From Verrucomicrobiia bacterium (GTDB lineage: Bacteria > Verrucomicrobiota > Verrucomicrobiia > JADLBR01 > JAIBCM01): a stretch of 64,000 nt of DNA. Below, one piece after another: positions 21,747 through 31,052 of this stretch; position 1 is the first letter of the stretch; each line of letters opens with the position of its first letter. The notes beneath the pieces were generated by a model. That model made no database searches. It worked only from the letters and a program-made list of their open reading frames with translations, and was not told the origin of the DNA. The stretch spans positions 198,626 through 262,625 of the forward strand of contig JAIBCM010000003.1 of the NCBI GenBank assembly GCA_019694135.1. Direction: 5' to 3'. A program made the translations under genes and the position numbers.

Positions 21747-21962
21747 TTAAAACCGGCTAAAAGGCAAAGTTTCCAACAAAGGAGCTTCCATCGTTTTATG
21801 CACCACTGATTTTTTGCCTAATAAACGTTTTCGTTTACGATTTTTGCTAGCAGCTAAATGACGACGACCCGCCTTGGATCGCAATATCTTTCCGGTAGCT
21901 GTTACTTTAAAACGTTTTGCAGCTGCCTTTTTAGTTTTTCGTCTCGCAATAGGTCTCGGCAT
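21747..21962 (-). CDS. rpmI: 50S ribosomal protein L35
   Basis: MPRPIARRKTKKAAAKRFKVT... basic small protein; start set at Met 5 of the tracked ORF. Confidence 0.85.
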   Translation of the reverse strand: MPRPIARRKTKKAAAKRFKVTATGKILRSKAGRRHLAASKNRKRKRLLGKKSVVHKTMEAPLLETLPFSRF

Positions 21963-21970
21963 ATTTTTAC

Positions 21971-22561
21971 TCAACTTTCTTCATCATCATGTTCATCATG
22001 TTCTTCAATCTCCTCTTCGTGAGGCTGACTGTATTTTCTAACTCGTTTATTTTCAGGCAAGGGCGCTATCATCATTGTAATCGCACGACCGATTAATTTA
22101 GGTTGCATTTCAACCGTGCCAATATGACTTAGGTCATCACGAACTTTTTGCATCAACACGTTACCGTTTTGGGCATTTTGCATTTCGCGACCCCGAAACA
22201 TCAAAGTTAATTTTACCTTCATCCCTTTGTCAAGAAAGACTTCGCCATTGCGAATTTTTGTCATGTAATCATGCGACGCAATGTTAGGTCGAAATTTAAT
22301 TTCTTTCAGCTTAGTCGCCGAAGCATGCTTTTTGGAATCTCGCTGTTGTTTGGCAAGTTGATAACAATATTTTCCATAATCCACGATTTTACAAACCACC
22401 GGATTGGAACGACTGGAAATTTCAATCAAATCCAGTCCATATTCTCTGGCTTTCATCAAGGCCTCTTCCAAACGAAGCACTCCAAGATTTTTTCCTTCGG
22501 GATCAATGACCAGAATCTCGCGAGCGCGAATCCTGTTGTTTACTCTAGGTTTTAGTTGAAT
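21971..22561 (-). CDS. infC: Translation initiation factor IF-3, probably initiating at non-canonical ATT
   Basis: Tracked ORF (start 22480) lacks the conserved IF-3 N-terminus; in-frame upstream reading gives IQLKPRVNNRIRAREILVIDPEGKNLGV, matching it. First in-frame codon after thrS stop usable as start is ATT at 22561..22559. Confidence 0.75.
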   Translation of the reverse strand: MQLKPRVNNRIRAREILVIDPEGKNLGVLRLEEALMKAREYGLDLIEISSRSNPVVCKIVDYGKYCYQLAKQQRDSKKHASATKLKEIKFRPNIASHDYMTKIRNGEVFLDKGMKVKLTLMFRGREMQNAQNGNVLMQKVRDDLSHIGTVEMQPKLIGRAITMMIAPLPENKRVRKYSQPHEEEIEEHDEHDDEES

Positions 22562-22576
22562 AGATCGTCTCCTTGT

Positions 22577-24412
22577 TTAGTTTTGTTTTGTCACCACTTC
22601 TTGATGAAAACGAGTTAACCATGTTTCAAACGGTTGAACCCCCTCATCTCCATGCTTGCGACTCCGCACAGAAACATTACCCGAGGCCGCTTCTTTAGCG
22701 CCCACCACGAGCATGTAGAAAACTTTTTCCACCTGAGCAAGTCGAATTTTTGCACCCAACTTCTCATGGCTTGTGTCTAAACTAACCCGAACTCCCAACT
22801 CGCGCAACTGCGCTTCATAATTTTTTGCCACTTCAATCTGCTGATCTGTAATAGGAATAATACGAACCTGCTCCGGTGACAACCATAATGGAAAAGCGCC
22901 GGCAAAATGCTCAATCAAAAGCCCGCAAAATCGCTCCATCGAACCAAACGGTGCGCGATGAATCATCACAGGTCGATGCGATTGACCATCTGAACCAACA
23001 TAAGAAAGATCAAAACGAATCGGCAAATTATAATCCACTTGCACTGTGCCTAACTGCCACTCACGACCAATCACATCCTTCACTACAAAATCAATTTTCG
23101 GCCCGTAAAAAGCCGCTTCTCCTGCCTCTTCAGAAAATGGCACTCCCAAAGTCTGAGCCGCCTCACGACAAGCCGACTCTGCTTTGTCCCAATTAGCTGA
23201 CTCACCAATATATTTATCCGAATTCACATCGCGCAAGCCTACGCGCACCCGATAATCGTTCATGCCTAACGTTTGCAAAACTAGACTCACCAAAGCCAAA
23301 CATCCCTTCAACTCATCGGCCACTTGTTCTTCTGTGCAAAAAAGATGCGCATCATCCTGAGTAAACCCACGCACCCGCGTCATGCCATTCAACTCGCCAG
23401 ATTGTTCCCAGCGATAAACCGTGCCAAATTCCGCCAAACGCACCGGCAAATCTCGATAAGAACGAGGTTCCGAATCAAAAATTTTAATGTGATGCGGACA
23501 ATTCATCGGCTTCAATAAATAACCATCCACCTCGCCTTGATTCAATCGATTCGATAAATCCGCACAACTGCAACCTTCTGAAGCGAGCTTATCTAAAAAA
23601 TCGCGCTCAATTAAAGGAGGATACTGCGCCTCTTGATAATAAGGAAAATGACCAGAAGTACGATAAAGTTCTAATTTACCGATGTGCGGCGTAAACACCG
23701 TGGAATACCCCTGCTTTCTCAGCTCTTCAGAAATAAAATTCTGCAACTCCTGACGAACGATCGCTCCATGAGGCGTCCACAACACTAAACCCTGCCCCAC
23801 GGAATCATCAATATGAAACAATTTTAATTCCTTGCCCAACTTGCGATGATCCCGCTTTTTCGCTTCTTCCAATGCATTAAAATAATTATCCAATTCCGAT
23901 TGCGTGGCAAAAGCCGTGCCATAAATCCGTTGCAACTGCGGATTACGCTCATCGCCTTTATAATAAGCGCTCGCTACATGCGTTAAACGAAACGCACCTA
24001 TCGCATCGGTACTCGCCACATGCGGACCTGCACAAAGATCAATAAACTCGCCATTCTGATAAAGAGAAATCGGTTCATCCTCTGGAATATTTGTCAAAAT
24101 ATCTAACTTAAATTTACTAGGCTCTGCACGATCGGACACAGCCGCCAACCTTCCCGATTTTGCCAACTCAAGCGCCTTCTCCCGAGACACCACTTCCTTC
24201 GCAAAAGATTGCTTAGCCTGAACTACTTTTTTCATCTCCGCTTCGATTTTCGGAAAATCTTCCGGCGAAATACGATGTTTTAACTCCACATCATAATAAA
24301 AACCATTTTCCACAGGTGGCCCGGCAGCAAATTGCGCATCTGGCCAAATTTCACAAATCGCCGTGGCTAAAACATGCGCACAAGAATGACGTAAACGCTC
24401 CAACTCAGTCAT
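22577..24412 (-). CDS. thrS: Threonyl-tRNA synthetase (no N-terminal TGS domain evident)
   Basis: RHSCAHVLA editing-domain motif near N-terminus, class II catalytic core and anticodon-binding domain; 611 aa. Confidence 0.9.
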   Translation of the reverse strand: MTELERLRHSCAHVLATAICEIWPDAQFAAGPPVENGFYYDVELKHRISPEDFPKIEAEMKKVVQAKQSFAKEVVSREKALELAKSGRLAAVSDRAEPSKFKLDILTNIPEDEPISLYQNGEFIDLCAGPHVASTDAIGAFRLTHVASAYYKGDERNPQLQRIYGTAFATQSELDNYFNALEEAKKRDHRKLGKELKLFHIDDSVGQGLVLWTPHGAIVRQELQNFISEELRKQGYSTVFTPHIGKLELYRTSGHFPYYQEAQYPPLIERDFLDKLASEGCSCADLSNRLNQGEVDGYLLKPMNCPHHIKIFDSEPRSYRDLPVRLAEFGTVYRWEQSGELNGMTRVRGFTQDDAHLFCTEEQVADELKGCLALVSLVLQTLGMNDYRVRVGLRDVNSDKYIGESANWDKAESACREAAQTLGVPFSEEAGEAAFYGPKIDFVVKDVIGREWQLGTVQVDYNLPIRFDLSYVGSDGQSHRPVMIHRAPFGSMERFCGLLIEHFAGAFPLWLSPEQVRIIPITDQQIEVAKNYEAQLRELGVRVSLDTSHEKLGAKIRLAQVEKVFYMLVVGAKEAASGNVSVRSRKHGDEGVQPFETWLTRFHQEVVTKQN

Positions 24413-24630
24413 GATTAACGTAAAACTGCCACAACAGAAAAATGAGAAGCAAGCACCTTCGTCGATTGACGAATCGCTACAAAAAACGGAGTCTGTCTTA
24501 AAACTAAACTTGCCACAGATTTTTATTCTCTAGCATTTTCCTAGGAAATGTCGACTGAAATTACTAAGCAATTTTAAAATAAATTTACCCTTGTTTCTCA
24601 ACCGATTCCTATCAAACTATAATAACTAAC

Positions 24631-25035
24631 ATGCAACGTATTGTTTCAGCCCTTATCCTTGTCGCAATCCTTGCCATCGCTCTAGGATATGGTTGGCATT
24701 ATTATCAACAACAACGGGAGCTGGTCGATATTGGCATCGCAGAAGAAGAACTCAATAACTGCCCTGCTCTCATGGATGAGGCCGCCATTCGCTCGGTCAA
24801 ACTTTATCATCAACTCGAAAACGCCGTTTCAAGAGGCAATTTAAAAATCGTCAAACGCAATGCAAAAACTCTCTCCACTTACCTATCCAAAATAAATCCT
24901 GAAGCATCCGTAGCCGCACAAAAGCTGGCTCAAGTCTCCGATAAAAATCAGGCTAGTAACGAGTTTCAAAAATTCGATCAACTACTCGAACCCAAAACTC
25001 GCAAGCAAAATCCCAATATCCAAGTGCTGCCTTAA
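24631..25035 (+). CDS. Hypothetical membrane-anchored protein
   Basis: Single N-terminal TM helix (IVSALILVAILAIALGYGW), no recognisable motifs. Confidence 0.4.
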   Translation: MQRIVSALILVAILAIALGYGWHYYQQQRELVDIGIAEEELNNCPALMDEAAIRSVKLYHQLENAVSRGNLKIVKRNAKTLSTYLSKINPEASVAAQKLAQVSDKNQASNEFQKFDQLLEPKTRKQNPNIQVLP

Positions 25036-25047
25036 CTCTCTTTCACC

Positions 25048-25159
25048 TATCATCCTCGGGCTTGCTTTACACCTGTCCGAAGTGTGCCCAAAAACTCTAA
25101 GTGTTATCTTGCAACTCCAACCACACCTTTTGTCATCCTCGGGCTTGACCCGGGTATCC
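25048..25159. repeat. Two direct copies of a 17-bp motif (tatcatcctcgggcttg / tgtcatcctcgggcttg) about 83 bp apart
   Basis: Read directly from sequence; second copy followed by cccggg-centred palindrome. Same core (TGTCATCC..) recurs at 56125..56196 and 57825..57893. Confidence 0.6.
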
Positions 25160-25239
25160 ATATTCATAAGACATAATTAGCATCAAAGCATTAAGATTAA
25201 ACACTGGCTTCCCAATAGAGTTTCAGCTTAGCTCTGTTT

Positions 25240-27345
25240 ATGTCATTGGAAACAAGCCTTCTTAAAATGTTAAAACGCGAGGATTATTCGCCGGCAGACT
25301 TTCATACCTTACGAAAAAAATTAAACCTCAAAGCCCATCAAACTCACGAGTTTAGCCATCTCCTCGAACGGCTTGAAAAACAAGGAGTGATTGTTAAAAT
25401 CAGAAATAACGCATTTGCACTAGCAAAAGAAGCCGATCTCGTGACTGGCCGACTTCGTTTCAATAAAAATGGCGCAGCAACACTGATTCCTTTAGAACCC
25501 CTTTCCTTCCCTATCCATATTCCTTTTGAAAATACAGCTACTGCATTACACAACGACCTCGTAGTCGCTCGTCTGGAATCTCGTCCTATTCATCGGAGAG
25601 GAGTCTATCATAAAACCGGTATCGTCATAAAAATTTTGGAGCGCAGCCGAACTGAATTAGTCGGCACTTTGAAAAAAAGTCAGCAGTTTTATTATGTCGT
25701 TCCAGATGACGCCCGATTTCCGCACGACGTTTATGTGAAACCCTCCCTTCCCACTGCGCCACAATCCATTATTTCAACCGGCAGCAAAGTGCTGGTAAAA
25801 TTACTCGAATGGACAGATCGACAACGCAATCCTGAAGGAACCATCATCGAAATCCTGGGTAAACCGGAGGAGCCGGGCGTAGACATGCTTTCGATTCTCA
25901 AACACTACAATTTATCGAGCGATTTCCCTGATGAAGTTTTGGAAGAATGCCGCAATTTATCAAAAAACTTAGATGTAAAAAATCGCCGCGATTGCCGTTC
26001 CCATCTCGTCATCACCATCGACCCCGACGATGCTAAAGATTTCGACGATGCCATTAGTTTAGCTCCTGCCTCAGAAGGTCAATGGAAACTTTGGGTACAT
26101 ATCGCCGACGTCTCTCACTACGTCTCACCCGGCTCTCATTTAGACCGCGAAGCGCGCAAACGCGGCAATTCCACCTACCTCGTCGATCGCGTCATCCCGA
26201 TGTTGCCACCTATTTTAAGTAACGATCTTTGCTCACTCAAACCGCATGTTGACCGTCTAACCGCCTGTGTCGAATTTCTTATTTCGTCTAAAGGCAAAGT
26301 TATCAAAACTCAATTTTATCGAGCCATTATCCACTCCAAACATCGCTACACTTATCAAGAAGCGTTCAAAGTTTTACAACGACAACCCAAAAACTCGACA
26401 GAACGCATGCTGCACCAAATTCATCATTTAGCTCAAAAGTTTCGTCGCCAACGATTTTCAAGCGGTTCACTCGATCTTGATTTTCCTGAATCCAAAATTC
26501 GTCTCAACACCCAAGGTGAAGTGGTCGGAGTAGAGCGCGTCGAAAATGACATTTCTCATCAACTCATCGAAGAATGCATGCTCTTAGCTAATGAAGCTGT
26601 AGCAAAATATCTCAAAACCAAAAAGCGCCCCTCGCTTTATCGCATTCACGAAACGCCCGATCCGGAAAAACTCCAAGAATTTCGTGAAATGGTTTGCGCC
26701 TATCACATTCCATGTGGAGATTTAACTTCACGACGCGAAATACAAAAACTATTACAACACCTCAAAAAAGATTCATTAGGCCAGGCACTAAAAATTGGTT
26801 TATTACGCTCTTTAAAACGCGCCTGCTACTCCCCTCAACCCCTCGGCCACTATGGTCTAGCCAAAATCCATTACACCCACTTCACCTCACCTATCCGACG
26901 CTATGCGGACTTAATCGTGCATCGCAGCTTATTTGATAACGCCAAAAAATTCCTTGGCCAAGGCGCCTTGAAAGAAGTTTCTGAACATATTTCCTTAACC
27001 GAACGCAATTCTGCAGAAGCCGAACAAGACAGCAAAACCACTAAAATGCTACAGTTCTTGCAACAACAAATCACCTCCAACAAACGCGTCCCTTACGAAG
27101 CGCTGATTACCGATGTGCAAAATTTTGGATTCTTTGCAGATGTTCACGATCTTTGTCTGAGCGGTTTAGTCCCCGTTTCCTCCATGAAAAAAGATTTTTA
27201 TTTATTTGATGCCTCTCGCTTTCAACTACGCGGCAAGCGAACTCGTCACTTGATCGCTATCGGCGACAAAGTAAAAGTCCAAGTTCTGAATGTAGATTTT
27301 TACAAAAAACGCGTAGATTTTTCTTTAGCAACTGAGTCGTCTTAA
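25240..27345 (+). CDS. rnr: Ribonuclease R
   Basis: RNB catalytic block (DPDDAKDFDDA), cold-shock-like N-terminus, S1-like C-terminus; 701 aa. Confidence 0.9.
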   Translation: MSLETSLLKMLKREDYSPADFHTLRKKLNLKAHQTHEFSHLLERLEKQGVIVKIRNNAFALAKEADLVTGRLRFNKNGAATLIPLEPLSFPIHIPFENTATALHNDLVVARLESRPIHRRGVYHKTGIVIKILERSRTELVGTLKKSQQFYYVVPDDARFPHDVYVKPSLPTAPQSIISTGSKVLVKLLEWTDRQRNPEGTIIEILGKPEEPGVDMLSILKHYNLSSDFPDEVLEECRNLSKNLDVKNRRDCRSHLVITIDPDDAKDFDDAISLAPASEGQWKLWVHIADVSHYVSPGSHLDREARKRGNSTYLVDRVIPMLPPILSNDLCSLKPHVDRLTACVEFLISSKGKVIKTQFYRAIIHSKHRYTYQEAFKVLQRQPKNSTERMLHQIHHLAQKFRRQRFSSGSLDLDFPESKIRLNTQGEVVGVERVENDISHQLIEECMLLANEAVAKYLKTKKRPSLYRIHETPDPEKLQEFREMVCAYHIPCGDLTSRREIQKLLQHLKKDSLGQALKIGLLRSLKRACYSPQPLGHYGLAKIHYTHFTSPIRRYADLIVHRSLFDNAKKFLGQGALKEVSEHISLTERNSAEAEQDSKTTKMLQFLQQQITSNKRVPYEALITDVQNFGFFADVHDLCLSGLVPVSSMKKDFYLFDASRFQLRGKRTRHLIAIGDKVKVQVLNVDFYKKRVDFSLATESS

Positions 27346-27664
27346 TGAATCTTTTTTCTTAACAAGCTCCGCTCAACGCTTTGCTCTGTACTATTTTCGC
27401 TTTCCGCGTGGCGAATGGAGAGTTGACCTGTTCACACCCTGTTCACATCAAAATAGACGGCTTGGAGTAACGAGGTAGTCAGGAAAAAGATGACAATTGT
27501 TGACAAAAAAGGTGTTTTCAATCGCTGAAAAAGTTGAAAAAAACATTTTCTTAAGGAGTTTAACCTAATCATCAATTCTTAAATGCTTCGCTTTTGCTTT
27601 ATATTGTCAATCTTTTTATTGTTTATTTCGATAACACGACTTATCTAATACATGACATAAAACT

Positions 27665-28396
27665 ATGAATACAGCTAAGCTCCCTTCACTTGATGGCATT
27701 TTATTAGTCGACAAACCGACCAACTGCACTTCTCACGATATGGTGGATTTTGTGAGAAAAAAATTCCGTTTTAAAAAGGTAGGCCATTGCGGAACGTTGG
27801 ATCCTTTAGCAACTGGCCTCATTATTTTGACTCTGGAACGTGGCACTAAAATCCAGGATCTTCTCATGAGCGAAGATAAAGTTTATGAGGGAACTTTGGA
27901 ATTAGGAAAAGTCACTGATACCCAAGATGCTCAAGGTAAAATGATTGAAGAACACCCCGTAGCGCCCGAAATCCAAAATCAAATTCCTCAAGCTTTTAAA
28001 AAATTTTCCGGCGATTTTTATCAGCTTCCGCCTATGGTTTCTGCCATTAAAAAAGATGGTGTTCCCCTTTACAAACTAGCCCGACAAGGAAAAACGATTG
28101 AACGAGAACCACGCCTGGTTCATGTTTATCGTCACGAAATTCAGCGTATTGATCTGCCCGAAGTAGATTTTCTCGTGGAATGCAGCAAAGGATTTTATGT
28201 GCGCACTTATTGTCACGATATTGGGCACCTTTTGGGTTGTGGAGGGCATTTGAAAAAATTGCGACGAACGCGTTCCGGCAATTTCAATGTGCAACAGGCG
28301 CTCACTCACGATCAACTCAAAGCCATGGAAAGCATCGAGACATTGCGGCCTCACATCATTAGCCTTCCTGAAGTTAGTCGCATTCGAAGGTTTTAA
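27665..28396 (+). CDS. truB: tRNA pseudouridine(55) synthase
   Basis: GHCGTLDPLATGLIIL catalytic Asp motif. Confidence 0.9.
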   Translation: MNTAKLPSLDGILLVDKPTNCTSHDMVDFVRKKFRFKKVGHCGTLDPLATGLIILTLERGTKIQDLLMSEDKVYEGTLELGKVTDTQDAQGKMIEEHPVAPEIQNQIPQAFKKFSGDFYQLPPMVSAIKKDGVPLYKLARQGKTIEREPRLVHVYRHEIQRIDLPEVDFLVECSKGFYVRTYCHDIGHLLGCGGHLKKLRRTRSGNFNVQQALTHDQLKAMESIETLRPHIISLPEVSRIRRF

Positions 28397-28402
28397 ATTT
28401 GC

Positions 28403-29317
28403 GTGAAAACGCTTCATGCCATTTCTGAACTTGTCTCCTTACCAAAACCGTTATGTCTCGCTATTGGTGTATTTGATGGCGTGCATCGCGGTCATCAAGC
28501 CCTTATTGCTGCTGTAAAAAAAGAGGCTTTAACCCGACAGGCTCTCGACGTTATTGTCACTTTCGAGCCTCATCCCCTAAAAATTCTTCGCCCCGAAGCC
28601 CCACCTCAACTTCTTACTTCAACTCGACATAAGCTTTATATTTTAGAATCTTTCAAAGTTTCTGCAACACTCGTGATTCCTTTTAATTTAGCATTTTCTC
28701 AAACCTTACCTGAGGATTTCATTCAACAACTGGTGGATGCTTCTCCATCTTTAAAACTGATCGGCATCGGTCATCGTTGGGAGTTTGGTTATCAAAGAAT
28801 GGGCAACGCCAAACTGTTAGAAAAATTGGGACAACGCTATCATTTCGATGTTTTAGAATTATCCCCCGTCATTGAAGATAATGAAACCATTAGTAGCACC
28901 CGCATTCGTCAAGCCGTTCGTGATGGCAATCTGCATCAAGCAGCCCTTTTGCTAGGCCGCCCTTTTTCACTTTTTGGTAAAGTAGTTAAAGGCCAGGGCT
29001 TGGGAGAACAACTCCAATTTCCTACAGCCAACCTCGATTTAGAAGGAGAAAAATTGCCTCCCTTTGGTGTTTATGCCGCTCGATGTCAGGTTCAAAACCA
29101 AACCTATCAAGCCGCGGTCAACATTGGAATTCGTCCAACTTTTAACTCCAATACACCAACTGTAGAAGCTCATTTATTAAATTTTACAGGCGATTTATAC
29201 GGAAAAGATATAGAAATTTTTCTTCTCAAAAAAATTCGTGACGAAAAAAAATTTTCCGGTGTAGAAGATTTAAAACAACAGATTAAAAAAGATATTGAAC
29301 AAATCAAAAAAACTTAA
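28403..29317 (+). CDS. ribF: Bifunctional riboflavin kinase / FAD synthetase
   Basis: N-terminal nucleotidyltransferase (GVFDGVHRGHQ) and C-terminal riboflavin kinase domain. Confidence 0.9.
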   Translation: MKTLHAISELVSLPKPLCLAIGVFDGVHRGHQALIAAVKKEALTRQALDVIVTFEPHPLKILRPEAPPQLLTSTRHKLYILESFKVSATLVIPFNLAFSQTLPEDFIQQLVDASPSLKLIGIGHRWEFGYQRMGNAKLLEKLGQRYHFDVLELSPVIEDNETISSTRIRQAVRDGNLHQAALLLGRPFSLFGKVVKGQGLGEQLQFPTANLDLEGEKLPPFGVYAARCQVQNQTYQAAVNIGIRPTFNSNTPTVEAHLLNFTGDLYGKDIEIFLLKKIRDEKKFSGVEDLKQQIKKDIEQIKKT

Positions 29318-29321
29318 CCAA

Positions 29322-29996
29322 TTAACGTGTTTGATTCAAAGTCGTATGATTTTGAACTCTCTGATTTTCCACAATTGGTGGTGGAGAGTAAGTATCAGGA
29401 TTAATTGCATCCGGCATACGATAGCTTGCAATTTTATCAACAGAAAAAGCGGAAATTTTTACTTGATCGCTTTGGTTACCACCTAATAAATAAACCGTTT
29501 TTCCATCTTTTGAAACTCCAGCAACAAAACCGACATGCCCCTTGCCTTTTCCATAATCAATCACTGCAATGGCACCATAAACAGGTTCTTCAGCTTCCTG
29601 TCCCCAATTTTTCCAAGACAAAGCTGCCGCACTATTGGTACCTGGATAACCCGCTTGTTCCATAGTCCAATTTACAAATGAACTACACCAAGGTGTTTCG
29701 TCATCATTAGCTCTCAATTTAGTGGAATCATGATACTCAATAATTCGCTCAGAATTCTCAGAACCGCTAATTTCTTTAATACCACTCGCATCTTCACAGC
29801 CTGCCATAAGCATCCAGTTGCTAGGATCACAAATTGGAGCAACCAATTCTTTTGTAGTCAAAATATCACGTCGCCCTCGTCCAATCGCTAAAAAATTTTT
29901 GGGCTGCATATAAAAATTCAAACCTGCAAAAAAACCTTCTTTTAAAGGTGCTTGAGGTGCTTTTCCCACACCACTCATAATAATTTCGTTTTCCAT
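29322..29996 (-). CDS. CHAP / NlpC-P60-like cysteine peptidase-amidase domain protein with unknown N-terminal domain
   Basis: C-terminal TPWCSSFVNW (Cys) ... GHVGFV (His) resembles CHAP-type papain-fold amidases; no signal peptide. Confidence 0.5.
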   Translation of the reverse strand: MENEIIMSGVGKAPQAPLKEGFFAGLNFYMQPKNFLAIGRGRRDILTTKELVAPICDPSNWMLMAGCEDASGIKEISGSENSERIIEYHDSTKLRANDDETPWCSSFVNWTMEQAGYPGTNSAAALSWKNWGQEAEEPVYGAIAVIDYGKGKGHVGFVAGVSKDGKTVYLLGGNQSDQVKISAFSVDKIASYRMPDAINPDTYSPPPIVENQRVQNHTTLNQTR

Positions 29997-30001
29997 ATTT
30001 T

Positions 30002-30262
30002 TTATTTTCTAAGATTTTTGTTTAATGCAATTTGAAATTCACTAACAAGTTGATCACTCGTAATTCCACTCAAAATCCAAATCATTAACTGTTCATAAGA
30101 AACAGCACGCCCAAAACGTTTTTTAATTAGCTCTGAGGCTTGAAAAAATTCTCGCATAATTAGATCGGGAATTTTTAGCACAACATCATGTTGAGTTTCT
30201 AAAAGAGCTTTTTCTGATTTTTTCACATTGAAAATATTCTTTAAAGAAACAAATTCGCTCAA
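30002..30262 (-). CDS. Small hypothetical protein (tandem paralogue of 30263..30532)
   Basis: 86 aa; shares E-L-M-V/I-W-I-L-S-x-I block with neighbour. Confidence 0.5.
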   Translation of the reverse strand: MSEFVSLKNIFNVKKSEKALLETQHDVVLKIPDLIMREFFQASELIKKRFGRAVSYEQLMIWILSGITSDQLVSEFQIALNKNLRK

Positions 30263-30532
30263 CTATTTTCTTCCACTCTGTTTCGCAGCTGATCGCAAGG
30301 CCAGAGCCTCTTCAAATTCTTTAATCAAATAATCTTCTCGAATTTCACTTAAAATCCAGACCATCAATAATTCGGGTGAAATATCGTAATCGTATTCTTT
30401 TTGAATTTTTTGAGAAGCTCGCTGAAATTCACGAAGCAAATTTTGAGGCAATTTCAAACAAAACTCGACATCTTTATTAGAAAAATTCTTTTTAACTGTT
30501 TTCTGAGTGTTACGAGTAGTTTTTTTCTTCAC
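30263..30532 (-). CDS. Small hypothetical protein (tandem paralogue of 30002..30262)
   Basis: 89 aa; LREFQRASQKIQKEY...LLMVWILSEI similar to the adjacent gene; stop abuts next start. Confidence 0.5.
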   Translation of the reverse strand: MKKKTTRNTQKTVKKNFSNKDVEFCLKLPQNLLREFQRASQKIQKEYDYDISPELLMVWILSEIREDYLIKEFEEALALRSAAKQSGRK

Positions 30533-30582
30533 TAGATTAAGAATATCCGATTTATAAAAAATATCAATCGACTAACTTTAGT

Positions 30583-31023
30583 TTAATAATTTAACTTTGG
30601 TGCAACTGCCCCCGGCGTGGGAGCGGTTTGCAATTCGCCCTTGTTAAGCGCATCCCAAACTGATTGTTTACAATCTACACTTTCTCCCCCCTTCACAGCT
30701 AGTTTACGACCCACTTCATTATTATTCACGTCCATTACTATTTCTTCAGGTGGATTCTCGCCATATTGCTCATGAATATTCCCAATCTTTTCTGCCTGGT
30801 CAGTACCTAACTCTTGTGCCATTCGACATGATAAATATGCATGACGAAAAGCATCTCTTTGCCCGTTATGTCTACCAGGAAGCCCAGTTTTATCGGAAAC
30901 TTGAAAAGCTTCTTCTCCTATATTACTAGCTTCATTAGCATCCAGAGGCCCAACCGCTAAAACTTGAGTTCTAACTTCAGGTTTATCAAAAAATTTTTTA
31001 ATTTTATCATAAATTTCACCCAT
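30583..31023 (-). CDS. Hypothetical protein with conserved RDAFRHAY (R-x4-H) and HE motifs
   Basis: 146 aa; motif fits the HEPN R-x4-6-H pattern, but assignment is speculative. Confidence 0.45.
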   Translation of the reverse strand: MGEIYDKIKKFFDKPEVRTQVLAVGPLDANEASNIGEEAFQVSDKTGLPGRHNGQRDAFRHAYLSCRMAQELGTDQAEKIGNIHEQYGENPPEEIVMDVNNNEVGRKLAVKGGESVDCKQSVWDALNKGELQTAPTPGAVAPKLNY

Positions 31024-31052
31024 ATAAAATCCCTTTGTTTTTTCTTATTCTA

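Noticed and set aside
25048-25159. Possibility that the short direct repeats are a CRISPR array
   Set aside because: Only two copies per locus, units are not identical, spacing is irregular, and no cas genes are present in the window.
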